This document shows positions 45,884-56,300 of a stretch of DNA of 64,000 nt, in pieces. A program made the translations under genes and the position numbers. Each line of letters starts with the position of its first letter. Positions within the stretch are counted from its first letter, which is position 1. Below the pieces are notes generated by a model. That model was not told the DNA's origin. It did not search any database and saw nothing but the letters and a program-made list of their open reading frames with translations. The stretch is from an uncultured Solirubrobacterales bacterium (lineage in GTDB: Bacteria; Actinomycetota; Thermoleophilia; Solirubrobacterales; Solirubrobacteraceae), in contig CAVYQJ010000032.1 of the NCBI GenBank assembly GCA_963770615.1, positions 2,202 through 66,201 of the forward strand, given 5' to 3'.

Positions 45884-46795
45884 GTGTGTGGGATAGCAGG
45901 TCTTTACACGAAGTCGGCCACGCTTCGTGAGCAGCTCGGCACGTATCTGGCGAGCATGCTCGAACAGCTGTCGGACCGCGGTCCGGACAGCGCCGGCGTG
46001 GCGTTCTATCGGGATCCGGCGCCGCCGGGGTGGTGCAAGGTGTCGCTGCACTCACCTTCGCCGACTCCCGAATGGGAGAACCTGACCGCCGAGCTTCAGG
46101 TCGAGTTCGGCGACGCGTCGCCGCCAGCCGTGCGAGCGACCCACGCGGTGTTCAGGATCGCGTCGGACGCGGAGGATGCCGAGGCGTGGTTGCTGGAGAA
46201 CCACCCCGAGTTGACGTTGATGAGCGCCGGCCGCTCGATCGAGATCTACAAGGAGGCGGACCTCCCGACGCGGTTCGTCGAGAAGTTCGCGCTCCACGAG
46301 ATCGCCGGCAGCCACGCGCTCGGCCATACCCGGATGGCGACCGAGAGCCGCGTCACGACCGCGGGCTCGCACCCGTTCTCGACCGGCCTCGATCTGTGCC
46401 TGGTCCACAACGGCTCGTTGTCGAATCACAACCGCCTTCGCCGCACGCTTCAGCGCGAAGGGATGGTGTTCCAGACCGAGAACGACAGCGAGGTGGCGGC
46501 CGGGTATTTGACGTGGCGCTTGCGTGAGGGGGCGTCCCTGGAGCAGGCGCTCGAGGGATGTCTCGACGATCTGGACGGCTTCTACACGTTCGCGGTGGGC
46601 ACGGCGGACGGCTTTGCGGTGTTGCGTGACCCGATCGCGTGCAAGCCGGCGGTGATGGCAGAAACGGATGAATGGGTGGCGATGGCGTCCGAGTACCGGG
46701 CGATTGCCGTGCTTCCGGGCGCGGAGGACGCCGTCATGTGGGAGCCCGCCCCGGGGCACGTCTACAGCTGGGGCACCGCGTCGCTGGTGGCGTGA
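45884..46795 (+). CDS. mgsA: Class II glutamine amidotransferase, N-methylglutamate synthase subunit A (GlxB)
   Basis: MCGIAG Ntn Cys, RGPDSAG, GHTRMATES, HPF, VHNGSLSN, DSEV. Confidence 0.88.
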   Translation: MCGIAGLYTKSATLREQLGTYLASMLEQLSDRGPDSAGVAFYRDPAPPGWCKVSLHSPSPTPEWENLTAELQVEFGDASPPAVRATHAVFRIASDAEDAEAWLLENHPELTLMSAGRSIEIYKEADLPTRFVEKFALHEIAGSHALGHTRMATESRVTTAGSHPFSTGLDLCLVHNGSLSNHNRLRRTLQREGMVFQTENDSEVAAGYLTWRLREGASLEQALEGCLDDLDGFYTFAVGTADGFAVLRDPIACKPAVMAETDEWVAMASEYRAIAVLPGAEDAVMWEPAPGHVYSWGTASLVA

Positions 46796-47514
46796 TGGCC
46801 GCACCGGAGGTCACGCGCGAGGCGCTGTGGTCGTTCGACCTGGCCGAGCAGACGGTCCGGGACCTGAACGCGTACCTACACGCCGGATCGATTGCGGATG
46901 CCGCGAGTGCCCGGGTCGTCGTGCTGAACCCCGGCGGACGCCACGCGATCGCCGTCGGTCTCGACGCCCCGTATGACGTCGAGATCGAGGGGCACGTCGG
47001 CTACTACTGCGCGGGCATGAACAAGCTCGCGACGGTGCGCGTGCGCGGAAACTGCGGCGTCGGGGTGGCCGAGAACATGATGTCCGGGTTGGTCATCGTC
47101 GAGGGGAGCGCTTCGCAGTCGGCCGGCGCGACGGCCCGGGGTGGATTGTTGGTGATCCACGGGGACGCGTCGGCGCGGTGCGGGATCTCGTTGAAGGGCG
47201 CGGACATCGTCGTGCGCGGGTCGATCGGGCACATGGGCGCGTTCATGGGCCAGAAGGGCTGCCTGGTCGTGTGCGGCGACGCCGGCGATTCGCTCGGAGA
47301 CTCCATATACGAGGCGCGGCTGTACGTCCGCGGGTCGGTGGCCGGACTCGGAGCGGATTGCATCGAGAAGGAGATGCGCTCCGAGCACGTCGAGCAGGTT
47401 CGCGATCTGCTCGCGCTCGCCGGGATCGAGGACGTCGATCCAGCCGACTTCCGCCGGTACGGGTCGGCGCGCCGCCTGTACAACTTCCACGTCGACAACC
47501 TGGGCGCGTACTGA
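46795..47514 (+). CDS. mgsB: GXGXG-domain protein, N-methylglutamate synthase subunit B (GlxC)
   Basis: GHVGYYCAGMN, GVAENMMSG, RCGISLKG, GDSIYE. Confidence 0.88.
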   Translation: MAAPEVTREALWSFDLAEQTVRDLNAYLHAGSIADAASARVVVLNPGGRHAIAVGLDAPYDVEIEGHVGYYCAGMNKLATVRVRGNCGVGVAENMMSGLVIVEGSASQSAGATARGGLLVIHGDASARCGISLKGADIVVRGSIGHMGAFMGQKGCLVVCGDAGDSLGDSIYEARLYVRGSVAGLGADCIEKEMRSEHVEQVRDLLALAGIEDVDPADFRRYGSARRLYNFHVDNLGAY

Positions 47515-48869
47515 TGGCCATCTCCGCGGGGGCAGGGTCGATGAACGGCGGGTGGCAGCCGGGGCTGTACGAATCGGCGACGTTCGACCGGAACGTGATC
47601 GCCGAGATTCAGCGCGCCGCGCGCGAGGGCATGTACGACATCCGCGGGTTCGGCGCCAAGCGGAAGGTTCCCCATTTCGACGATCTGCTGTTCCTCGGGG
47701 CGTCGGTCTCGCGGTACCCGCTCGAGGGGTATCGCGAGAAGTGCGCAACCGATGTCGTGATCGGAACGCGTTACGCGCGCGAGCCGGTGCGGCTCGACAT
47801 CCCGATCACGATCGCGGGGATGAGCTTCGGAGCGTTGTCCGGGCCCGCCAAGGAGGCCCTGGGGCGCGGCGCCACCGCGGTGGGGACCTCGACTACGACC
47901 GGCGACGGCGGGATGACACCGGAGGAGCGCGAGCACTCCTCCGTCCTGGTGTACCAGTTGCTGCCGTCGCGCTACGGCATGAATCCCGACGACCTGCGGC
48001 GCGCCGACGCGATCGAGGTCGTGATCGGCCAGGGGGCGAAGCCGGGCGGAGGCGGGATGCTGCTCGGACACAAGATTTCAGACCGGGTGGCCGAGATGCG
48101 GGATCTGCCGGTCGGGATCGATCAGCGAAGCGCGTGCCGGCACCCGGACTGGACCGGGCCGGACGACCTCGAGATCAAGATCGAGGAGCTGCGCGAGATC
48201 ACCGACTGGCGGATCCCGATCTACGTCAAGGTCGGCGCGTCGCGGACTTACTACGACGTCGCGCTCGCGGTCAAGGCCGGCGCGGATGCGGTCGTTCTGG
48301 ATGGGATGCAGGGCGGAACGGCCGCGACCCAGGACGTGTTCATCGAGCACGTCGGAATTCCCATCCTCGCGGCGATCCCGCAGGCGGTCGAATCGCTGAT
48401 GGAGCTCGACATGCATCGCAAGGTCCAGCTGATCGTGTCCGGAGGGATCCGGACGGGCGCGGACGTGGCCAAGGCGCTGGCGTTGGGTGCCGACGCGGTC
48501 TCGATCGGGGTGGCGGCACTGATCGCCTTAGGCGACAACGCTCCGGCCTTCGATTCGGAGTACCGAGCACTCGGGTCGGCCGCGGGTTATTACGACGATT
48601 ATCAAGCGGGCCTCGACCCCGCGGGCATCTCGACGCAGGACCCGGCGTTGGCTGCCCGTCTCGATCCGGTCGAGGGCGGCCGCCGGCTGGCCAATTATTT
48701 GCGGACTCTGACTCTGGAGGCCCAGACGCTCGCGCGGGCGTGCGGAAAGTCCCATCTGCACAACCTCGAGCCCGAGGACCTGGTGGCGCTGACGATCGAG
48801 TCGGCCGCGATGGCGCGGGTGCCGCTGGCCGGGACGTCCTGGATCCCCGGCCTGGTGGCGCCGGCTTAG
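47514..48869 (+). CDS. mgsC: FMN-binding glutamate synthase family protein, N-methylglutamate synthase subunit C (GlxD)
   Basis: IAGMSFGALS, TTGDGGM, GQGAKPGGGG, RHPDW..PDDL, DGMQGGT, SGGIR; TGATG overlaps. Confidence 0.9.
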   Translation: MAISAGAGSMNGGWQPGLYESATFDRNVIAEIQRAAREGMYDIRGFGAKRKVPHFDDLLFLGASVSRYPLEGYREKCATDVVIGTRYAREPVRLDIPITIAGMSFGALSGPAKEALGRGATAVGTSTTTGDGGMTPEEREHSSVLVYQLLPSRYGMNPDDLRRADAIEVVIGQGAKPGGGGMLLGHKISDRVAEMRDLPVGIDQRSACRHPDWTGPDDLEIKIEELREITDWRIPIYVKVGASRTYYDVALAVKAGADAVVLDGMQGGTAATQDVFIEHVGIPILAAIPQAVESLMELDMHRKVQLIVSGGIRTGADVAKALALGADAVSIGVAALIALGDNAPAFDSEYRALGSAAGYYDDYQAGLDPAGISTQDPALAARLDPVEGGRRLANYLRTLTLEAQTLARACGKSHLHNLEPEDLVALTIESAAMARVPLAGTSWIPGLVAPA

Positions 48870-48909
48870 GGCCCGTCGGCAGTTCGCACTGCTCGCTCGC
48901 ACATTCTCC

Positions 48910-48959
48910 TGAACTGAAGTAAGCTCATGCGCCGTGAGCGCCAAGCTTACTTCGGTTCA
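48910..48959. promoter_or_regulatory. Paired operator sites forming a 16-bp inverted repeat
   Basis: TGAACTGAAGTAAGCT ... AGCTTACTTCGGTTCA (15/16); each arm resembles GAACTGA-N2-TCAGTTC. Confidence 0.65.
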
Positions 48960-48988
48960 AATTGAGGGAGCACAAGGAGTTCTTAGTG

Positions 48989-50332
48989 ATGTCGGATTCA
49001 GATTCGACCGTTGACCTGCTCGTCTTCGGCGGTGGCATGGCTGGGATGAGCGCGGCGGCGCGCGCGTGCAGCGACGGGGCCAGCGTGGTGCTGGTGGAGA
49101 AAGGCCCGGCGATCGGCGGCTCAGCCGTTTACGCCGGCTTCATCTGGACGGCGCCGACGGTCGAGGTGATGCGAGAGGTCAACCCGGACGCCGATCCCGC
49201 GCTGTCGGCGAGAGTCGTCGAGCAGTACGGCGACGCGCTCGATTGGGTCCGCTCGCTCGACGTCGCGGTGGCCGACCCGGTGACGGTTCTCGGCTACGGC
49301 CGCGGCTCCGCGACCGACATGGCCAATTACCTGTTGACATGCGATCGACTGGTCCGTGAGCACGGCGAGGTCCTGGTGGGCTCCTCAGCGACAAGGCTCC
49401 TGGTCGAGGACGGAGCCGTCGTCGGCGCGGAGATCGAGACCGGCTCCGGCGAGCAACGGGTGATCCGGGCGCGCTCGACGCTGCTCGCCACCGGTGGCTT
49501 CGGCGGCGATCCCGCGCTTCGCGCCGAGCACATCGGCCCGCTCGCCGCCGATCTGCCGTTGCGGGCGAACACGCACAGCGTCGGCGACGGACTCAAGCTC
49601 GGCCTGTCGGCAGGAGCCGCCTTCGGGCCCCCGAACTCAGGCTTCTACGGCCATCTGATCCCATCGAAGGTCGCGTACAACAACCCTTACGAGTTCACCG
49701 ACCTCACCTTCTACCACTCCGAGCACGGCATCCTGCTCAACCTGGACGGTCGTCGCTTCTGCGACGAGACGATCGGCGATCACCTCAACACGCTGTACGT
49801 GCTGGACCAGCCTGAGGCGCGCGCACTGCTCGTGTACGACCAGCGCGTTCACGACGAGTGGGAGATGGCGCCCTACGTCGAGGGCGTCGAGCCACTCGAT
49901 AAGTTCCAGCTCGCCTACCGCCGCGGCGCCCGGGCGGCCGTAGCCGACGACATCGACGAGTTCGAGGCGCTTCCGGAGGAGTGGGGCTATCCGGGTCCGG
50001 CTTCTCGAGACACCCTGTACGAGTTCAACCGCCAGTGCGAGGCCGGGGACCCGACGCCGGGCCGCAAGCTCGACGCGGCGCCGCTCGTCACGCCCCCGTA
50101 CTACATCATCGAGGTGATCCCAGCGATCACGTTCACGTTCAGCGGGCTGAGGATCGACCCTCACGCCCGGGTCCTCGACGAAGCGGGGCAGGTGATCCCC
50201 GGGCTGCTCGCCGCGGGGGCTGACGGCGGCGGTGTGTTCCACCGGGCCTACGCCGGCGGGCTCGCGTGCGCGCTCGTGTTCGGGTTGCGGGCGGCCGCCA
50301 CCGCCACCGCGCAGCGCGCCGCCTCGGCCTAG
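48989..50332 (+). CDS. FAD-binding oxidoreductase (fumarate reductase/ketosteroid dehydrogenase flavoprotein family)
   Basis: GGGMAG, EKG..IGGSA, LATGGFGG, TFT.SGL, GL.AAG, GLACALVFG. Confidence 0.85.
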   Translation: MSDSDSTVDLLVFGGGMAGMSAAARACSDGASVVLVEKGPAIGGSAVYAGFIWTAPTVEVMREVNPDADPALSARVVEQYGDALDWVRSLDVAVADPVTVLGYGRGSATDMANYLLTCDRLVREHGEVLVGSSATRLLVEDGAVVGAEIETGSGEQRVIRARSTLLATGGFGGDPALRAEHIGPLAADLPLRANTHSVGDGLKLGLSAGAAFGPPNSGFYGHLIPSKVAYNNPYEFTDLTFYHSEHGILLNLDGRRFCDETIGDHLNTLYVLDQPEARALLVYDQRVHDEWEMAPYVEGVEPLDKFQLAYRRGARAAVADDIDEFEALPEEWGYPGPASRDTLYEFNRQCEAGDPTPGRKLDAAPLVTPPYYIIEVIPAITFTFSGLRIDPHARVLDEAGQVIPGLLAAGADGGGVFHRAYAGGLACALVFGLRAAATATAQRAASA

Positions 50333-50349
50333 GTCTCGCGGTACGCGCG

Positions 50350-51295
50350 GTGGTGACCGGGGTCACCGCCGACCCCGTCCGGGTCGGCATCGTGCTCCGC
50401 GAGCAGGACCTCGGTGCCTGGTCCGGTCGGTTCGGGGAGCTCGCCTCGCACGCGGTCGACGCCGGCATCGACCACCTGACCGTCGGCGATCACGTCAGCT
50501 TCGCCGACGGTCACGGCGCCGACGGCCTGATCCAGGCGACCGCGCTGCTGTCCGCGCATCCGCGTCTGTCCGTGCAGACCGGCGTGTACCTGATCGCGCT
50601 GCGTCACCCGGCGGTCGTCGCCCGCCAGCTCGCCACGATCGCGCTACTCGCTCCCGGACGGTTCACGTTCGGCGTCGGCGTCGGCGGCGACGATCCGAGC
50701 GAGCTCGAGTTGTGCGGGATCAACCCGCGCGAGCGCGGCGCCCGGACGACCGAGGCGCTCCTCTGCGTGCGGCTGTTCATGCGGGGAGAAGACGTCGAGT
50801 TTCGCGGGCGGTTCTTCGACCTCCGCGGAGCGATCCGTCCCGCGCCCTCGGTGCCGATTCCGATCCTCGTGGGGGGTCGGTCGGACGCCGCGCTCGTGCG
50901 CACCGGCCGGCTCGCCGACGGCTGGCTGGCGCTATGGGTCTCGCCGCGTCGCTTGCACGAGGCGGTCGACCGGATTGACGCGGTTGCCGCCGAGCAGGGA
51001 CGGAGCCAGGTTCGGTGGGAGCACGCGCTTCAGCTCTGGGCCGGCTTCGGCGCCTCCCGCGAGGTGGCGAGGGAGCGGGTCAGCCGTGTCATGGAAGCGG
51101 CGTACGCGCTTCCGTTCGACCGGTTCGAGCGGTATGTGCCCTGTGGTCCGCCCGAGGCGGTGGCGGAGGCGCTTGCCCCGTACCTCGAGGTGGGCATGCC
51201 GCCGGTTCAACTTCGTGTCCGAGGCGACGAGCCTCACGGACGCGATCGAGGCCGTAGCTGAAGTGAAGACGCTTCTGTCAACGGCACGAACTTAG
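50350..51295 (+). pseudogene. LLM class flavin/F420 oxidoreductase with one +1 frameshift near 51196
   Basis: GDHVSF, LRHPAVVARQLAT, GRFTFGVGVGG, GGRSDAA..R.GRLADGW; removing A51196 restores GCRRFNF..EVK to stop 51295; may be a sequencing error. Confidence 0.8.
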
Positions 51296-51379
51296 CCGTC
51301 GGGCGAGGGGTTTCGACGCCTTGGCGGCGCGGCCCCAGCTTGCCAGGGCACGCTTTTGCGCCCTAACGAACTATCAACC

Positions 51380-51427
51380 TTGACTTCCGGGCGAAGCATG
51401 TCTAGGATCCCGACCTGAGTTCAATTC
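51380..51427 (+). promoter_or_regulatory. Housekeeping promoter plus operator for ABC operon
   Basis: TTGACT-N17-TAGGAT (51380-51408), followed by GACCTGA-GT-TCAATTC (51412-51427). Confidence 0.75.
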
Positions 51428-51543
51428 ACCTCGAGGAGAGGGTGCTTCATGCGAGACGGTCCCGGCGCCGCGTTGGTGCGCGAATCAGATTGGTTTGAGT
51501 TCGGCGGAGCGCCTTCGACCCGCCCGACGAAGGGACGGGCCCG

Positions 51544-52662
51544 GTGGTAACCGTCAGCAAGCAGACCCCGGAGCGCTCGCGCCGGAAGTTCAGCACCGGC
51601 TTCGACCGCTTCAGCGGCCTCTACCTGGGGGCCCTGTTCATCATCGTGTTCGGGCTCTGGGTGCCCTCCCAGTTCCTGACGACCTCGACGCTGCACAGCG
51701 TTGCCGCGCAGCAGGCGGTGACGGGGATGATCGGCCTCGCCGTCCTGATCCCGCTCGCCGCCGGTCTGTACGACCTGTCGGTGGGAGCCACGGCGAACGT
51801 GTCCGGGATCTTCACGATCGTCCTGATGAACGGCAGCCATTGGGCGGTGGCTCCCCGCGATCATCGCCGGGATCGCGCTGGCCGTCGCGATCGGCTTCAC
51901 CAACGCGTTCATCGTGGTCAAGCTCGGCGTCAATTCGTTCATCGCGACGCTCGGCATGGGATCCGTCCTGGCGGCGCGTCGAGGTGATCATCTCGTCGAA
52001 CAGCCAGCCGATCCCGCCTACGTCGACGGCGTGGAACAACCTCACGCAGACCACGGTCGGCGGATTCCAGATCGTGGTGCTGTACCTGGTGATCCTCGCG
52101 TTCGTCCTGTGGTGGCTGACTGCACACACGCCGGTCGGGCGCTACCTGTACGCGATCGGTGGCAACCCCGACGCCGCCCGCCTATCCGGGCGTGCGCATC
52201 AACCGCTACACGACGTTCGCGCTCGTGACGTCCGCGACCATCGCCGGTTTCGCCGGCGTCATGTTCTCGTCGCTGAACGGTCCCTCGCTTGACTTCGGCT
52301 CGACGCTGCTGCTGCCGGCGTTCGCCGCCGCGTTCCTCGGTTCGACGCAGCTGATCCCCGGTCGTTTCAACGTGTGGGGGACGCTGCTGGCGATCTACGT
52401 GCTCGCCATCGGCGTCCAGGGGCTCCAGCTCGTCTCGGGCGCCAGCTGGCTGAGTGACATGTTCAACGGCGTGGCCCTGATCATCGCGGTCGCGCTCTCG
52501 ATCAAGCGCTCGCCGTCGGCGCTGGGACAGCGGCTGAGGGGCGCGTTCCGCCGCGGTTCGGGAGGCTCGGCGAGTGGTCCGGAACAGCCGGGCACGGGGG
52601 CGGATGCCTCTCTGGAAGAGGTCGCGGCCCCCGTCGGCTCCGAAGCCGCCAGACCTCACTGA
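51544..52662 (+). pseudogene. Sugar-type ABC permease (RbsC family) with three +1 frameshifts
   Basis: AGLYDLSVG, KLGVNSFIATLGM, GRYLYAIGGNPDAARLSG, AAAFLGST..PGRF, found in successive frames; extra bases near 51855, 51976 and 52189. Confidence 0.85.
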
Positions 52663-52757
52663 AAGCAGGACGACCTCTTATGAAACCGAGCGAAATGCCT
52701 GCTCAGATGGCGTCGCAACCAAATCGTGACTGTAGTCACATCCGAAAGGAGACACAC

Positions 52758-53952
52758 ATGACAAAACTCGATCGCCGGAGGGGAGGCCGGCCGCTTGGAT
52801 TCGTAGCGATCATCGGAACGCTGGTGCTCGCCCTCGCGGTCGCCGCCTGCGGCTCGTCCAGTTCCTCGACCACATCCAGTTCGTCGGCCGCTTCGTCAGG
52901 CTCGAGCGGCGGTAGTTCGACCGCCGCGTCTTCGGGCTCGTCGTCGACCGCTGCCGTCACCGCTGCGCTCGCCCCGTACAAGGCGACCGCCGACGACGAT
53001 CAGCGTCACCACCCCGCTGAACTCCGCCCCGCCCTCCGGCAAGACGATCGTGATGCTCGGGACGAACAATCCCTCGAACGTGATCATCCAGCAGGGCCTG
53101 CAGAAGCTCGCTCAGATGGCCCATTGGAACTATTCGCTGGTCAGTTACGACCCCGCCAACCCGGGGACGTTCACACAGGCGGAGACGACCGCGCTGGCGA
53201 AGCATCCCCAGTACCTCGTGGAAGCGGGGCTTCCCCTGACTGCCTCGCAGCTCGCGATGGCCAAGAGCGCAGGCGCGAAGTGGATCCTCGACTCGGTCTA
53301 TCCGGTCTCGGTAACAGACCCGGTCATCGGTCAGGTGGACGCATACGCCCAGGATGCCCTGATGGGGAAGATCGTGGCTGACTACTTCATCTCCGACTCG
53401 GGCGGCAAGGGCAACGCGGTGATCGAGCACGTGCCGGCCTATCCGATCCTCGATGGCTTCACGACGGGCTTCGCGAACGAGGTCAAAGCGCAGTGCCCGG
53501 GCTGCAAGACCTCGACGACCAACATCACGATTCCCGACCTCGTGGCCGGGAAGGTCGCGAGCGATTTGGTCTCGGCGCTCAGGTCGAACTCGTCCGCGAA
53601 CTATTTGGTGTTCGACGACGGTCCGTTCGCGGACGGCGTCACCTCCGCCCTCTCGGCCGCCGGCCTCAGCAGCAAGGTCAAGATCATCGGCGAAGCCGCC
53701 GATCAGGCCGGCATCGCGGCGCTGAAGACCGGCCAGGAAGCGGCTTGGACCGGGTTTGATCCTGGCTACCAGGCCTACGAGGACATGGACATCGCGTTCC
53801 GCGCCGCCGAGGGCATGGCGATCCCGGTCGCTCTGGAGGCGCAGCAGCCGACGCAGCTACTGACCAAGGACACGATCGGATCGACCACAAACTGGAGCGC
53901 TCCGACCGATGCCCAGGCGCAGTGGCTGAAGCTCTGGCACCTCAGCAGCTAG
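52758..53952 (+). pseudogene. Lipoprotein sugar-type ABC substrate-binding protein with one +1 frameshift near 52988
   Basis: AAAGGAG SD; lipobox LAVAAC plus Ser-rich linker; continues in frame of ORF 53050-53952. Confidence 0.82.
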
Positions 53953-53990
53953 TAGGCGGAATAACAGGTGACTCACTCCAGGAGGACACG

Positions 53991-55562
53991 ATGAGTGCTG
54001 TGCTCGAAGTTGAGGGCGTGTCGAAGACATTCACGCGCACCAAGGCGCTGGCAGGCGTCAGCATGACGATCGAGCCCGGCGAGGTTCACGCCCTCCTGGG
54101 GCAGAACGGATCGGGGAAGTCGACCCTGATCAAGATCCTCTCCGGATACCACGCGCCCGATCCGGGCGGTGGTATCCGGGTGGAGGGCAATGACCTGCCA
54201 CTCCAGTCACCCGTGCAGTCCTACCGGCTGGGATGCCGGTTCGTCCAACAGGACCTGGGGCTCGTCTCGACGTTGTCCGTCCTCGACAACATGGCCCTTG
54301 GGTCCGGCTTTCCCACGTCGTTCGGAACGATCAACGGAAAGGCGACCTACAAGCAGGCCAAGACCGACCTGGAGCGGCTCAGCCTCGACATCAACCCGAA
54401 GGCGCTCGTGGCCACGCTCAGCGCGTCGGAGCGGACCGGCGTGGCCATCGCCCGCGCTCTACGTGAAGACCCGGAGTACCCGGCGTGTCTGCTCGTCCTC
54501 GACGAGCCGACGGCGACGCTTCCCGTGGACGAGGTGGACAATCTGCTCGACCGGGTGAGCGCGATGGCCGCGACCGGCGTCGGAGTCCTCTACGTCACCC
54601 ATCACCTCGGCGAGGTCTTCCGGGTCGCCCACAAGGTCTCGGTGTTCCGAGACGGCAGGGTCGTGGGGGCCGGACCCGTCAAGGACTTCGACCACGGCGG
54701 CATCGTCGAGTTGCTCGCCGGCGAGGAGCTGCTCGCCGAGGAGACGGAGTCCCGGCGCGAGAAGGCCGGCAGGGCGGCGGCGCGCGAGCACGAGACCGTG
54801 TTCGAGGTCAAGGATCTACGCGCGGGAGCCCTCGCGGGCGTGTCCTTCAGCGTCGAGCGCGGCGAGATCGTCGGAATCGCAGGCCTCGCCGGTTCCGGCA
54901 GGGACAGCGTTCTGGGCGCGAGCTTCGGTGCGCTCCCCCGCGCCGACGGCGAGGTGATGCTCACGGGTCAGCCGCTTCCGGCCGGCCGGCCCGATGTCGC
55001 CATCGGCCGCGGAGTCGCATACCTGGCGCCCGACCGGAAGGTCGGCGGCGGCGTGATGACGATGAGCGCCCGCGAGAATCTCACCCTGCCGGACCTGAAG
55101 CCGTTCTGGAAGGGCGGGCTTCTGCGCCGACGGGCCGAGACGGCGAGGACCACGGAATGGTTCGAGCGGCTCTCGGTGAGACCGGCGACCGCCGTCAACG
55201 AGCCGCTCAGCATCTTCAGCGGCGGGAATCAGCAGAAGATCCTGTTCGGCAAGTGGCTGTCGCAGGAGCCGTCGGTATTCCTGCTCGACGAGCCGACCCA
55301 GGGCGTCGACGTCGGCGCCAAGGCCGACCTTCACCGCGAGCTCGTCACGGCTGCCCAGAACGGAGCCGCGGTAATCGTCAGCTCCAGTGACCTCGAGGAG
55401 CTCGCCGACCTGTGCGATCGTGTGCTCGTCATCGTCGACGGTCAAATCAGCGCACAGCTCGTGGGCGCCGAGTTGACCGAAGGAAACATCACACGCGGGT
55501 TCATGCCGATGTCCGCGGTGCCGGCCGAGGCCGCCGCCACGAACGGCGGCGAGGCACATTAG
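53991..55562 (+). CDS. Sugar ABC transporter ATP-binding protein (RbsA/MglA type)
   Basis: GQNGSGKST, LVLDEPT, FSGGNQQK, LLDEPTQGVDVGAK; AGGAGG SD. Confidence 0.95.
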   Translation: MSAVLEVEGVSKTFTRTKALAGVSMTIEPGEVHALLGQNGSGKSTLIKILSGYHAPDPGGGIRVEGNDLPLQSPVQSYRLGCRFVQQDLGLVSTLSVLDNMALGSGFPTSFGTINGKATYKQAKTDLERLSLDINPKALVATLSASERTGVAIARALREDPEYPACLLVLDEPTATLPVDEVDNLLDRVSAMAATGVGVLYVTHHLGEVFRVAHKVSVFRDGRVVGAGPVKDFDHGGIVELLAGEELLAEETESRREKAGRAAAREHETVFEVKDLRAGALAGVSFSVERGEIVGIAGLAGSGRDSVLGASFGALPRADGEVMLTGQPLPAGRPDVAIGRGVAYLAPDRKVGGGVMTMSARENLTLPDLKPFWKGGLLRRRAETARTTEWFERLSVRPATAVNEPLSIFSGGNQQKILFGKWLSQEPSVFLLDEPTQGVDVGAKADLHRELVTAAQNGAAVIVSSSDLEELADLCDRVLVIVDGQISAQLVGAELTEGNITRGFMPMSAVPAEAAATNGGEAH

Positions 55563-55568
55563 CGTCCG

Positions 55569-56300
55569 ATGGGCAAGGTCATCGGGCGGTTCGACCCGAC
55601 TCCGTCCCGGACGCCGGAGGAGTGCGAGCGCCACTACACGCATGTCCACGTTCGCATGGCCCAGGATCTCCTGAGGCCGATGCCTTCACTGCTCAGCTAC
55701 TACACCAATCGCGCTGTCGCGCAGGCGGATGTAAACGGGGGATGGAACCAACGGCCGCGCGCCTGGCGGTTCGTGGTGCTTCGCTTCACGCCCGGCGAGA
55801 CGCTCGCGTTCACGGCCGATCAGAACGAGATGGTGGCGCAAGATCACGTCAACTGTCTCTACCGGTTGCGCTCCTGCGAAGTTGAGGAGAGCGTGCTGCT
55901 CGACCGCGTCAACGGTCAGCTCGCGCTGACCAAGTTCATGCTCGAAGCCGATCGCGCGCCGGGTGTCGATGCCGACAGCGCGTGGAATGCCTTCACCTCG
56001 TTGGCGGATGCCGTTCGCGCTGCGGTAAACGGGGCGTTCGGCGTGCGGCGCCTGATCGTCAATCGCGTGCTGAACGAGGTGGAGTGCGAGCCGCTCGACG
56101 TCGAAGGCCAGCGGCCGATCGGGCTGCTCGAGGACTCCACGCGGGTCGGGTACGTCGAGGCGTACTTCGATCACGCCCGCTGGGGCGAGGAGGCCCTCGG
56201 CCCGCTGGTCGCGAGTGGCGCCCTGCGCGATCCCGCGCTTGTCGACGTCAACCTCTTGCGGGTCGAGGAGCAGGCCCCGCTTGACGCGACGGGGCACTAG
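55569..56300 (+). CDS. EthD-like tandem-domain protein
   Basis: EECERHY..VH motif in first half; degenerate second dimeric alpha/beta barrel. Confidence 0.65.
   Translation: MGKVIGRFDPTPSRTPEECERHYTHVHVRMAQDLLRPMPSLLSYYTNRAVAQADVNGGWNQRPRAWRFVVLRFTPGETLAFTADQNEMVAQDHVNCLYRLRSCEVEESVLLDRVNGQLALTKFMLEADRAPGVDADSAWNAFTSLADAVRAAVNGAFGVRRLIVNRVLNEVECEPLDVEGQRPIGLLEDSTRVGYVEAYFDHARWGEEALGPLVASGALRDPALVDVNLLRVEEQAPLDATGH

Noticed and set aside
45884-48869. Canonical glutamate synthase gltB
   Set aside because: Split into three short genes with no gltD and linked to a GlnT ligase, which fits mgsABC/glxBCD.
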